Assembly (NCBI GenBank): GCA_043228905.1 | Contig: JBHGNT010000018.1 | Location: forward strand, 12,090,001 to 12,154,000 | Origin: Azolla caroliniana | Lineage: Eukaryota; Plantae; Polypodiophyta | DNA length: 64,000 nt | Direction of reading: 5' to 3' | Shown: in pieces, positions 11,471 to 23,830 of the stretch | Layout: every line of letters begins with the position of its first letter | Position numbering within the stretch: position 1 is the first letter of the stretch | The notes under the pieces: model-generated | Told to the model about the DNA's origin: nothing | Database searches by the model: none | Seen by the model: only the letters and a program-made list of their open reading frames with translations | Position numbers and translations under genes: made by a program

Positions 11471-12037
11471 AGGGCTCACTATTGCCAGCAAGCAGATTAT
11501 GATGTAATTACAACGGTGTCCGTATAGATTAGGGTTTCCTACTTGGAATCTGTTCAGGACATCTTCTTGTACGACATGGCTGCGTGTTGTCTACTGTTGT
11601 GTGTGATCCTCTACCGCTATTTGCGCAACGGTGGTGGTCGATTGATTGTTAGTCTTTGGTGGTCACTCGCTCGTGTTCTCTCACTCTCGCTTGCTCTATC
11701 CTTTTCTCTCACGCTCTATGGGGAAAAAAGAAAATGTGTGGCTATATATAGGGCATAGAAAATTAGGTAATGTTAGTAAAAAATTGACCACAGTTAGTTA
11801 TATAGTTACATAGTTACATAGTTAGTTGACCACTAGGTAAAATACGTACATAGTTACATACTTAGTTATATACTTATAATTACATATAGTTATAATGTAA
11901 ATATTTATATATATGATTATATATATTTAAACAGATATTTTTATGATTGCATTTTTATAATTATATGTATGTGTTTACCTTCAGGCATTTGTTATATGCT
12001 CTCTTAGATTGTTCAAGAGCACCTCATTTGAACAACA

Positions 12038-12658
12038 ATGAGTCGTTTGAGAGGATCTTCTGAGTTTGTGAGAATGAGCCATAACTCACCATTTTCAGTG
12101 GATGAATATCCTATGTCGATAGATTCACCTTTTTCTATCGAAGAATATCGCAATAGGACACCAAATACTCAATCACCACCAACTATCACCCTAAGTCATG
12201 AGTTCTCAATTGATGAGTACGACTACAATGAGGATTTAACCAATGAAGAGAATGACATTCAAGTTGCCACAAGTGTTGTTGGTGTTGCACATACCGAAGT
12301 AAACGAACGAAATGAGGCAACAAATGTATGTGTAGAAGAGATCCAGTCGGCAAGCCCTATGCATTTTAGGAGGGTTCCACGTCAAAACAATCAAGAAAGG
12401 TTTGCCCGTGTGACATTCAAGAACCAACTCGGAGTAGATGTCGGTAAAGAATGTTGTGCACGTGGGTGCATGTCTGCTATTGGAAAGGATAAGTTGCAGC
12501 CATTAAGGCGATACTATTTCTCACTCATTGGTGATGAGCAAGACACTTGTCTTATGACACACATGCAGATGGTGAAGGACATATGGCCAGACATCAAGAT
12601 CTCTTTTGAGTATTATCTCTTCACTGCACAACAATGTTGTAGAGTTGCACAACCCTAA
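12038..12658 (+). pseudogene. Probable truncated DNA-transposon ORF (Sola/DUF7869-like N-terminus)
   Basis: 206-aa ORF with CCARGC...LRRYYFSL..DEQD..L...YYL....CCRVA, resembling the Cys-rich N-terminus of Sola-type transposases. It stops before any DDD core. Confidence 0.45.
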
Positions 12659-13481
12659 AACCTAAATTTGTTCTTCTATATTAGTTGAGCTGAAACTCTA
12701 ATTGATATGAAGAGGTTATTGTGAATTGCCCCACCACTTTATGGAGTATGTATATCTACATCTAAGGATTGGATGATAATTACTTCATGAATGAGTGGGA
12801 AAAGAGAGCCTTATAGTGGGTCATCTTCCTAACAAGAGGTGTGGTGTGGATAATCTACATTCTTTTGCTATCCAATTTCACGACATCAATTTAGATAAGT
12901 GCTTCTTTGTTACTGTTTGATTGTGGAAAATCTAAGCTATAATGGAATAGAGAAAGTGTGTGGACTTGTATGTCAAGTGGTCAAAACTATACTTACATTT
13001 TAGTGTACATTGTTATTATTATTATTATTTTGGGTGGCTTCTAAATTTGTTGGGTATAATTCAAGTGAAGCCTAAATCACAATTGGGGCTACCCCATCTC
13101 AACTTGTCATAGGATACATGTGCATGTGCGTTGAGGTAAAAAGCAAAAGGGTTTTGAACTAGGAAATATCCATGATCATACACTAACTAGTGCCTAAACG
13201 AAACAAAACTGTTTAGCAAAACAAGTTAACAATTCGGGGCCTTGACAAAACTGAGATAAAAGAGTTATGAGTTGAGGTGGATAGAACCTCGTATAATTGT
13301 GAAATCTACAGAAATCACGTGTTAGAGTATTCGAGAGCTTGGTGACGAAGGGAACATTTTTGTTTGGTTTGTTTTCGCTTAGCCTACGAAGAACACCGAA
13401 AGCGTTGTTAAAGAAGAAGATGAAGAACAAAAAGATGGGGAGCTCTATGGAACACTACTTCCAAGTGTTTTATGTTTTTTT

Positions 13482-13527
13482 GGGGGGGGGGGGGGGGGGG
13501 GGGCGCAGCCTAGGATATGCAAATGCA

Positions 13528-13558
<31 letters not shown>

Positions 13559-13564
13559 TGTATG
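13482..13564. repeat. G23 homopolymer followed by a (TATG)n microsatellite
   Basis: Direct reading. Confidence 0.9.
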
Positions 13565-13906
13565 CAGTGGGAAGTATGGAAGAGTGAGTAAGAGGAGGAA
13601 GGAAGACGATCGAGCCTCTTCTCTTTTAAAAAAAGCCCATCCCTCTCCTTTCCCATTCCCTTTGAAAGTGCACAAGGTTGATCATCGGTCGCTCAGATTT
13701 GAAAAATTTGGCTAATTTTAGTAAATATATGTATGTATATCATATGTATGTATTCTTAATTATGTACATACTTAATACATAAATACCATATACATAAGTA
13801 AATCTTTCCCCTTCCCCCTTCCTTCGTGTCCCTTCGGATGCTCCTAAGCGTCATTCATATACATACATACACATATTTGGGAAGGCTTTGATTTGATTCT
13901 GTGGCG

Positions 13907-14251
13907 ATGGTGGAGACGATGGAAGATCATCAGGTCTCACCACGCGTAACCGCAGGAAATGTGTCGGCATTGACCAATTCTGTGTCCGCCAGCGCTAGTG
14001 ATCAGACGAAGAACTTGTCATCGGGTCATGATGTGGAAGTATGCGAAGATGTGATGGTGGAGGAGCAGTCCCATTGGAACCAGACTGCTGGGGTCCTTCG
14101 GTCTCATCCATTCCTACACCATGTTAACTATTACACCAACTGGTACAACAATTCTCATCAGATCCTGCTTCACGAATCACGCCCTTCGATTAAGCCACAA
14201 GCTCTCACCGCCATCACCTGCGCATATGGAAATTCTATGGCTCCTAAACTT
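13907..14251 (+). CDS. RSPH14: RSPH14-like exon 1
   Basis: ATG at 13907; ends AYGNSMAPKL|GTAAG. The exact start codon is uncertain (ATG 13919 is an alternative). Confidence 0.8.
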
Positions 14252-14268
14252 GTAAGTTTTCTAGACTT

Positions 14269-14330
<62 letters not shown>

Positions 14331-17300
14331 CTTGTTAGCTGTCATGGATTTCGTTTTTTTATTGTACATAAAACAAATGGTGCGGTGTAACAAAAAGATG
14401 TTTATTTGCTCCATTCAACCCCAAGTACTAGAAGATAGATGTTTAACTTATCACATTGCAAGGAAAACACATGAAAGATTTGGAAAGGAATTGCTGCACT
14501 ATGTATATTTTCATGTAATATAAGAAGATGGAAGAAGACCTTAAAATGTTTCTAACAGTATGACAAATATTTTAGAGCAGAGTCTTTTGGAATTTAAAGA
14601 TTGAATTTAGCATCTTTAAGATGCATGTAGTGTGTGTGCTATATGTATGAAAGGTCAAAAAACAAGCAAATTATAATGTGTGAGAAATGAGAATAAACTC
14701 ATGCAAAATAAGATTTAGGAAATAATTTTAGGCATCAGTCCCTACTAGTACTATGCATCTCAGATTTAAGTTATTTATATGATTTGTTTTAGTAGGTGAA
14801 ATGCTTAGAAGATTCAAATCTTCATGTGCGCCAAAAGGCTTTACTATGGATAAATGAGCTTGCTGCAACAGCCGAAGGACGGGCTCACTGCATAAAAGCA
14901 GGTTTGAGCATGTTAATAGTCGTTGATTAAAAATTTGAATGCTCATGAGAAACAACTTTTCCTTTGTGTATTTCCTTTCCTAATTATTTCTAATTCCCTA
15001 CTTATATCTTAATACAGGAATGCTGGAAGCGCTTTCCAAACACTTTCATGAGGAAGATTTATTTATAAAGCAATTAATTGCAGTTGCTGCTGGTCATTTT
15101 GCTGGTAACTTACCGGGAACTTATTCTTTCACAGAGGAAGCATACTACTCTTGCTCTCTATGTGAAATTCATAGCTTAGATTCAACCATTAGACTTACTT
15201 CTTTTGCAATCTTTAAGAAATTTACACCTAATTCAACAGCGAAAACTTATTTTCATTCAAAATATTCTTTCATTGACAATGTAGGTATGCAGGATGCATG
15301 TGTAACAATGAGTCATCTCGGGATGATCAAGTGGCTTTTACGAATGGTAAGATGCCATCATTATATAGTTGTGGAATTTCTGATGTAATTTACTGGCTCA
15401 TTAGTTTCAATGATCAATCAGATGTCTCTTTTGAAATTGAGATGTGATAACATGCCAAATTTTAAAAATGATTCCCAACAATTTGAATATACATTTTTGC
15501 TTATGCTTTGGTCTTGGTTGAAATCATTGGTGACCTTGGGAAAGTTTATAAATACCTACATATATTTTGAAAGTTCACATTCCAAAATTATTTCAATGTA
15601 AATCAATCATGCCCATGTTAGTACTTATTTTACTGTGTATTTACATCAAACAAGTTTTCTTAGGTTTCATCAACTGATGATAAGCTGAGAGAGTCTTCTT
15701 TGAGATCTTTATTGAATGCGACTTTCAATGAAATTGGTGAGATCAATGTTTTTCCTTTCATTGAAGAACTTGAAGTGATACAAACCTCCAAACATATGAT
15801 TACATTATTACCATTCTAGTCTTCTTTGGATTTCCCATAAATTGATTCTCGTGACGGAATTTTCTGCATCTTCTCTATATTTCCATTGCCATAAAACACA
15901 AGGGCACTTGAGTTGGTTCATTTTGATATTTGGGGGAAGAGCTCAGAAATATGCTTTCAATAATTTTGTAGTTAAAAAATATGAATAAACAATGTGATCA
16001 TTATGGGGTTGCGAGGAGATTAATGTAGCTGTTAAGGTACGAATAAAAAGAATTGATGTAGATAAAAAGAGTATAATGATGGGCTTATGATAGGTTAACT
16101 GGAACAAGAAGAACCCTTTGCCCTAAACTGGTTTTCGAAGAACACGGACTCAAATTTTGAGTTCTTGAGGTTAATTATTACAAGTTCTTATAAATAGTTA
16201 TTTCAAGTTCTTGCGATGTAGTTATTTTCTTACAAATTTAGTATAATATGAGGAGACCATTTGTTAGATATGAAAATTTCATATATTTCTTATTACTTTT
16301 TCAATACGTGGAACATGGTGGTCTCTGTAAGTTCGAAGCTTATTAAAATTTCATGTCATTGGAAAGTGTTTAAAGAGCATCTTCCTAATGCAGCCTGAAC
16401 CTTAGCTTCTCTTTTCTACCCATGATACCCTCTCGATCATCAGTCTCTTGTCTTGCTTGTCCTAGATTTTCTGTTCCTGGAATGTCTACACTTGCATTTA
16501 TTGATACTCTACACTTGACACTTTGACCAGCCACAATGAACTATATGTGAGGCCGGATGATGTGGAAAATAATTCACGCCTCAGTTATTTGAGGAAACAA
16601 TCCCAACATTCTGTAATTATGATTTAACATGAAGAACAACCCTTAATTTGTCTGGATGTCTGAATAATAAGTTCAATCACAAATCTGAATCATTCTGAGT
16701 TTTCTATCCAATCTGGTTAGAAAACACAAGACATTTGAATGCAAGACAATTTCTCTAACAAGTCTCCTGCCCAGACCAAGTATTAGATTTCACTTTCATG
16801 GCTTTGCGCTGTGACCAACACACTATTGCACTAAGCTCCATTACTCTGATTCCATCCTGCAGCCCCTATCTATATGTTCAGCACCATCACAACCCATAAA
16901 TGTGTCTTTTGCCTCCTTGTCTAGTGCTGACATAGAAGTTTTGCCCAGTGCTAGCCATGATCCACTACTATTGCCAATTCATTGGGTTTCATTGCTGCAG
17001 CTCTGAAGCATATGGTGGAGAAGTACTCCGCCCTGTTTAGGTGCTGTATGATTTTCATTGGAATGGTTTTTTTTAAGCAGTTTGTATAATAACTCTGAAA
17101 ATGTCTCTCTTACATTTATAGTAAACAAATTCGTTCTGATTTCCTGAATTATAAATTTTTTCTGTTCATGTTTTTTACAGTGAGGCTTGAATTGGTTCAT
17201 GGAGAACTCATATTGGATTTCATAATGAAAATGTCGAGGGAGATTGTTTGTGATAGATGTGCCACACTAGGACTTAAGATTCTCCGAAGATGTCTTGCAG

Positions 17301-20157
17301 GAGGCACAGATAAACTTGCAATATCCAAGCTGCTATATATCAATGCGATTCCGACAGTTTTGGATCTCTTGAAATCTACTAATGAAGAGTTGCAAGAATC
17401 ATCATTATGGATTCTTGGCCTTCTGAGGTAAAAATTTGAAAGTGTTTGCCATGTTCTGTCACTTTGCTCCTATTTTGAGACTATTGTTTTTGGCCATCTT
17501 TATATCTTACTTATTAGCTAATCTTATGATATCATTGTATAATAGATAATGAAGTTCATAGGCAATTTGTGAAAGAGCTTCAATAGGCTGTATATATTTT
17601 AAAATAGACAAATATTGAGAAATTAACTTGGCAGTGGCCCTTTTCAGTATGGATAATGAAGGAAAGTCACAAGCCCAAAGCAGCCTGGGGATAGATGCTT
17701 GCTTAAAGTTCTTAAAGGATGACAATTTGTTGCTTCAAACTGCTGCTACCTCAGCACTAATGAGGTAATAAAATCTACTATCCATTATATCTAATGTCTG
17801 TAAGAAATGAATTTAAATGCGTTCATGTCAATAGAAGGCCAAATTGTCAAAACCAAGTTACAACCATCATTTGATAGATCATACGTATGAAGAGTGAGGA
17901 ATATGTCTTAGTTGCTTATGCATTCTACTGTTTTAAAGACAGAATTCATCGTATAGTTGTGTATAGGTTTTATCTGAAGTTTTGCACTACGACATTCTTA
18001 TTATGGTTTAATTCTTTATATACCAATTGATTTGGGAGTAAAATAATTGATTTAATTTTGGCATTGTTCAACTCCATGGTAAAATAATTTGTTTCTTTGT
18101 TTCTAAACGTTCCTTGCACCTCTTATGAGAACATATGTGTGATACATCCACTTATATGCACCTGTTATGTAAATGCATAGCTTGTGATACTGAGAACCCC
18201 ATTTTGGAGTCCTGGCTACCTGATTGTATAGGTATCTGGATAATTTACAGAAATAAGGTTATGTTACCTTTAAGCTTCGTTGTAAGTTGGATTTTTTCCT
18301 GTATAAAGAAAATGGTTTTATGTGAGGTTTATATCAGAAAATACAAGACAATACTGACAGGTTACCAGTTTCTTATTGTCATGTTTCTACCAAACTTTTT
18401 CAATGCATAAGTCATGCATGAATTTCTGTTATTCCTTTATAAGGACATCTAGGATGAATCTGCATATGGACATCATCAGACCCTGTCTTTATTCACACTG
18501 CTAGGGGAGACTCTGGATATATTTCCTTTTGATGAGAAATATGATCATTGAAGATAGACATGTAAGTAGTTTCTAGCATTGTGTAATGATGTCACTGCCA
18601 TTCTCACATAGTCCGAGGTGAGATTCATTCTATCTTATTATTGCTAACCAGAATATATGGCATGCCTTGCTGTTTACACCTTGATGACTCAGTGAGATAC
18701 GTTTCCTGTTGCACCAAGGGCAGCATGAAAAGAAGGAAAGTTTTCTCTCTTTTTCGGGGATATGATGTGGCAGAATTTTTCACGTGGTCTGGTATATTTG
18801 TTTATTTTGAGGCCGTTGGGGAGCACATCCATATATTACATCCTCCTGTTCGATTTGTAATCCTGCACATCCAAATATTACATCCTCCTGTTCTATTTGT
18901 AATCCAGAGCTACCTTTATTAGATTAGTTCACACATATCATCGGTTGTTTTCCAAGCATTCTTGGATGTTTGAGGACATGTCAAAATGAATGGAGACCAT
19001 AAAAGATCAGAGAGATGGTGGTCTAATGTGTTGGATGCATGATGGCATCCTGATCATCCTGTTAAGGGTAAATCCATTGTAAATCCTGTTAAGGATCATC
19101 CTGATTGTAGCAGATTACCTATGGAAAAATAGAACATTTTTCCTGGTTGGTGCTTTTTCTCCAGGGCGGCTTCCTAAGCTATGATTCGTTGGGCGGTTCT
19201 CTATCTGTGTAGAGGGCATAATCTGTGTTTGGCTATCGACTCAAATTACAAGTGGTGACGACTAAACTGTACAGTCATGCCGTAAATCACTATCCTTCAC
19301 CATTTCCCTGGTTGGAACGAATGAGTTTCTTTGCTGTCCAACTAACTGGAACATCTAGACATTTATTTTAGCCATACAGACCATGATGAAAGGAGTTAAT
19401 TTATCCTCATTTCAGCGGTTCTTTCCACAAGCAAGCACACTGATTGTCATCCTACTTGAGCGTATGGCATAATTGGAGGACTTGTAATGCATTCCTTTTG
19501 GTGCTCAACATGGTGCTGCTAATCATGCCTAGCATTAGAAAGGCATATCATAAAAGGAAGTGCCTTTGTTATTACCTCATTCGACTTGTCTGTCTCCCAT
19601 CTGGCTCTTACACCTTTGGGCAGTGCCTTTTAGTATGCCTTTTCTTCAAGTGTTACTGCTTTTGTGAAAGTCTATTTTAGGTTGTATAATCCCTTATGTA
19701 AAGAGACAAATAGATTGCTGATGAACAGAAAAGTGTTTATTAATAATGTTCTATATCTGTAAATAGAAGAGTGAGAGACTGATTGATCAAACTTTCCTTT
19801 GTTGCAGTTTGACTATAAATATCAAGGCAAAGAAAGATTTTATTGCTAGAGATGGGATACCTTCACTAGTTCCTTATATTGATTCAAGTTGTAAAATTCT
19901 CTCATTCAATTCTTTGCAGGTAATATCTGCTAGATATGTTACTCCTAATTTCATGTGGATACATGATCGTAATGCCTTAAGTTCTTGGTTTACAGTTGAC
20001 TGCAAACATTGCAGAAGATCCCAATGGGAGATATCAATTTCAAAATCAAATAGTGAAGGTGCATCATCTCTTGGATCGATCCCATTCAGAGATCCAAAAG
20101 AGATTTTCTAAAGCTGCATTGCGGCAATTGAAATTTAAGCATAGGCCATACAGCTGA
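13907..20157 (+). CDS. RSPH14: Radial spoke head 14 (RSPH14/RTDR1)-like armadillo-repeat protein; 9 exons, 436 aa
   Basis: Exons 13907-14251, 14796-14901, 15018-15104, 15285-15346, 15664-15736, 17181-17427, 17648-17764, 19808-19919 and 19996-20157 join by GT-AG introns into an open 1311-nt CDS. ITCAYGNSMAPKL-VKCLEDSNLHVRQKAL and NIAEDPNGR..AALRQLKFK resemble remembered RSPH14 motifs (ITTAYGHRALPKL..RQKAL; LAEAPEGR..IEFKP). Confidence 0.85.
14270..14328. repeat. (CT)n(CA)n compound microsatellite in intron 1
   Basis: Direct reading. Confidence 0.9.
14796..14901 (+). CDS. RSPH14: RSPH14-like exon 2
   Basis: TAG|VKCLEDSNLHVRQKALLWINELAATAEGRAHCIKA-G|GT. Confidence 0.85.
15018..15104 (+). CDS. 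RSPH14: RSPH14-like exon 3
   Basis: CAG|..MLEALSKHFHEEDLFIKQLIAVAAGHFA-G|GTAAC. Confidence 0.8.
15285..15346 (+). CDS. RSPH14: RSPH14-like exon 4
   Basis: TAG|..MQDACVTMSHLGMIKWLLRM|GTAAG. Confidence 0.75.
15664..15736 (+). CDS. RSPH14: RSPH14-like exon 5
   Basis: TAG|VSSTDDKLRESSLRSLLNATFNEI-G|GTGAG. Confidence 0.8.
17181..17427 (+). CDS. RSPH14: RSPH14-like exon 6
   Basis: CAG|..RLELVHGEL...AIPTVLDLLKSTNEELQESSLWILGLL-AG|GTAAA; ARM-repeat pattern. Confidence 0.88.
17648..17764 (+). CDS. RSPH14: RSPH14-like exon 7
   Basis: CAG|.MDNEGKSQAQSSLGIDACLKFLKDDNLLLQTAATSALM-AG|GTAAT. Confidence 0.85.
19808..19919 (+). CDS. RSPH14: RSPH14-like exon 8
   Basis: CAG|.LTINIKAKKDFIARDGIPSLVPYIDSSCKILSFNSLQ|GTAAT. 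Confidence 0.85.
19996..20157 (+). CDS. RSPH14: RSPH14-like exon 9 (terminal)
   Basis: CAG|LTANIAEDPNGRYQFQ...AALRQLKFKHRPYS-TGA. Confidence 0.85.
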   Translation: MTANIAEDPNGRYQFQNQIVKVHHLLDRSHSEIQKRFSKAALRQLKFKHRPYS

Positions 20158-20980
20158 AATAGAATTATGTTTCTCATGCTCTTTAATGCTTATTTCATTA
20201 AAACTGGTCGGGAAGAGGTATAGAAAAACACAATTGTTTCCCTACAACCATAGTTATCTTTTAGCTGAGGTAAATGTATAAGAACAATTAGCCTTAATAG
20301 TAAATGAATTTAAAGTTTTGGTGGAAATGTTATTAAAAGAATAGTAAAAGCTTGTTGATTTTAGATACTGTACATGCCCCATTTCCCCATTGGATAAAAA
20401 ATTGTAATCTTTTATATTTTGCATACCACACACCTCCCATTGATAAATCATATATGTGTGTTTGAATTTTGAAATGTGCTTATTAAGCTTTCGAATGTAG
20501 TTGCATTGGCATTGATTTTTGAAATGCATAATGTTAATCAAATGCAGTGCAGTGCATAACATAATTGAAGTAATAACAATGAATAAGAATGTAAGAGGCT
20601 ACCATGTGTTTTTTTATCACAAATATCTATCATTATTGAAGGGTTTAGGGTTTAGGAGCTGTTTAGAACCCATTAAGTCTGAGATCAAAAGTGAAATCTC
20701 ATTTATGCTTCAGTAGAGCATTAACTCTTACAATTAAGATGTGAAGAGCAAAACCTCATTTATGTTCATTCTACCTCATATATCCATTCAAGCATATTGC
20801 TATGTAGAAACTTACTGAATGGAACTTCTTTGCTTGCATATAGGCAAAAATTTGAATGAACTAAACTAAGAAGAGCGAGGTAGGAAACTTGAGCACTTTG
20901 AACAAAAGTGCTTGTCAATTGTGAGAATGAGTGAGAATTAAAACTAGTGTGTACAAAGTGATTCTCTTTAAGCATTGATA

Positions 20981-21266
20981 TAGTGTATCAAAACTAGCAA
21001 GTATAAATAGAATAGAATATCATAAACCGATACAATCAAGGTAGATTGATGGCAACAGAGACATAGAACAATGAGAAACAAAACACAACAAGAACGCAAG
21101 AGAGAGAGATGTTGGGCACACGATGAACTATATTTCAACCACGTTCAACGAGCTTACAAGGTCAACTTATATACTTACTAACTTAGGGAAACTTCCCTTC
21201 TCACTATTTACATAAATAACATAGGGAGACTGTGTGAACACGTCCATTAGAGACCCGCATTCAACA
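20981..21266 (-). repeat. Solo or partial Copia LTR related to the RT-4 LTR
   Basis: Reverse complement TGTTGAATGCGGGTCTCTAATGGACG...TATTTATGTAAATAGTGAGAAGG...CATCAATCTACCTTG aligns with 22753-23072. The left boundary is approximate. Confidence 0.7.
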
Positions 21267-21895
21267 GTAGCCAGCATCTGGTCATGCACACAAGATGTGC
21301 GATAGTACAACACTCTGCTCACTGCTCGTTCCCATACCGGAAACTCCTTGTGTGACGGCTCCGACGCTACCTCGTTTGCTCCTTCGACATAACTCCAATA
21401 ATCACGCCCCAACAGGTACTGGTGCATCTTGTAGGACCAAGATGCGTAGTTGCTTCTGTCGAGCTTCTCTGTTAGAAGCGAGCTTGCCATGCTTCTATCC
21501 ATTTCCTCTTCTGTCTGTTTTTATCGATTATTAGGGTTTGTCTGTGCTACAACTCTTGTCAGTAGCAGAGGATTCTCAACCCTCGCACTCTTATACCATG
21601 TGAAAGTTAATGCGCGGAAGCTCATAGACACAACTGGCTTTGTCAGATAGCAATAGAAAACATAATGAAGGTTTAATGGAAAGCTTCAAAATACACAGAG
21701 AATACATGAGAGAGACCAAGAGAGTAGAACACAACTTTAATTTCAAAATAATGAACACTCTGTTAACTCTGTACATACAATGTGCTAAGTGAGCACTTTT
21801 ATACAAGTCCTTAAAAGGACTGACATAAGTACTGACTAGTACTTCAATGCTCGTACTGAGCCATGACACAAACTCCCAAAAGATATGCTCTAACG
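21267..21895 (-). mobile_element. RT-3: Copia 5' fragment (LTR about 21599-21895, iMet-type PBS, gag start)
   Basis: Gag MASSLLTEKLDRSNYASWSYKMHQYLLGRDYWSYVEG; PBS TGGTATAAGAG directly adjacent to the LTR boundary at 21599. Confidence 0.8.
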
Positions 21896-21989
21896 GCCTA
21901 TTGGTTACACACTGTTCCGGATACCGATCCGACTCCCTATTCCAGATACTGATCTAGCTCTCCGTTCTGGACACCGATCTGGGCCTACT

Positions 21990-22500
21990 CGATCGGTCTT
22001 CATCCGATCCGGCCAATGTTGAGCTTGCTCACGTAACAAGATTCATCAAAGACGACATCGCGGCTCACCCGCACTTGCTTCGGTTAGGGATTATAGCACT
22101 TGTACCCCTTCTACTCATGCGAGTGGTCCACCAAGATACACTTCTCAGCCTTGGCATATAGATTCTTCCATCTCTCGTCTAGTATATGCACATATGCAAT
22201 GCTATCAAACAGCCTGAGTTGTGCCAAATTCGGTTTCCGCCTGAAATAGAGCTCGTGCGACGACACCTTTGCTCCGAAGGTAGATATCTTATTCTGTATC
22301 TAGAAGGTCATCCAGATCACTTCGGCCCAATAGCTTCTGCTCTCCTCCAGCATCGCCCTAGCCGCTTCTACGAGTGTCCGGTTCTATCTCTCGACAACGC
22401 CGTTCTGCTCCGGTGCGTATCTACAAGAGAATTCACATTGAATTCCCTCCTTCTATAGATAGCTCAAGAACTGGTAAAAAAAGTACTATTTTCCGCCATC
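21990..22500 (-). pseudogene. Copia integrase fragment
   Basis: Minus-strand remnants QFTCRYAPEQNGVVER..RTLVEAARAML and KGYKCYNP..KQVRVSRDVVFDES. Confidence 0.75.
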
Positions 22501-22752
22501 GAACCTTCGCCACTTTATCTTTCTTCGGGTGAACAAACCTGAAGATAGATCGAGGATCCAGCGAGAAGCACAGGAGCAAGTAGGATTGGAAAGTAGACGA
22601 TCGACCCAAGGCCAAGAGTCAGAATCAAACATGAGCCGATCCAAACAAACGAGCCAATTTGGACACAAGTCGATTCGACGGACTAACACAAGCCGAGCCA
22701 TATGACATACGATCTGGATAACTAGCCGAATCAGGCTAGATCCCAACGTTAT

Positions 22753-23072
22753 TGTCGAATACAGGTGTCTAATGGACGTATTCACATTTGGGACTTCTTG
22801 TAAACATTAGGTTTAGGCTATTTATGTAAATAGTGAGAAGGTCAGTTGCCCTAAGTCAGTCAGTATATAAACTGACTTTGTAACCTAGTTTTGAAGTGGT
22901 TAACACAATTCATCTTGTGCCTAACGTATGTCTCTCTCTGGCATTATGGTTGCGTCTCGCTTTTTGTTGATGTTGCTTAGACTCATCAATCTACCTTGCA
23001 TTTATCTGTTTTATGATCTTCTATCTAGAAGAGTGTTAATTAGTTCCACACTAGACGGCCACGTTCCCAACA
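22753..23072 (+). repeat. RT-4 5' LTR (320 bp)
   Basis: TGTCG...CAACA followed by a Met-type PBS at 23075-23086. Confidence 0.8.
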
Positions 23073-23830
23073 TCTTGTATCCGAGCTTGGTGTTCTCGAT
23101 TCTGTTGTCGCCGCCTACTTTGTCTCCATCATCAACTCTTCCTCTCTACAACCTTGAAGACCTCCATTGGCAACTCCTGACAATATCATATTTGACGAAA
23201 AGAGACAACTGAAGGTTTGCACCCCATTGTTTGAAACCACTCTTGAAGTAAGTCAGTAAGCTGCACTTCAACTTTGTGATTATCGTCGTTAGGAGTGAGA
23301 CCCTTCTCTTGATCAAGCCACACTTGCGCTTCATCTGGATAGGCGAAAATCGAATAGGTCATCCGACGCTATTCACTCACTCACCATAACAACTTGAAGC
23401 GAAGTCGGCTCCAGGGAACAACCCCAATCTGTGTTTCATTCAATTGAACGACATTAGGGAGGACCAATCGACTACGTCCCTCTCATTGTTGTAGTCACCC
23501 GAAATAGGATCGGCCTGGATAATCGGCACAAAAATTTGTAATCGTTATTTCAAAAGCGGAAAAATTCGGATCCAGTTCAACTAGGCCGATTAGTCGTAGT
23601 CACTCTGGATCGAATCTCGCAACATTTGAAATCCTATTGGCTAATTGGCACGTTCATGTTCAATTCGGCTAAGTCAATCGATTGTAACCACCTCGAACAG
23701 AATCTGCCAACAACTTGAAATTAGTTAAACTTGTGTTCGAATCCGACTAGAACAATTCGGGTGAGCTAGTCGGTTGCACCCAACCACCGTTCGTAGTTGA
23801 CCCCGAACAAAGTTCAGCCTACCGACACTG

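Noticed and set aside
16380-19680. Possible decayed inserts or nested genes in introns 5 and 7 of the RSPH14-like gene
   Set aside because: No recognisable protein motif, terminal repeat or splice-consistent ORF could be found by eye.
20641-20656. GGGTTTAGGGTTTAGG telomere-like motif
   Set aside because: Only about two units; telo-box-like strings are common in plant DNA.
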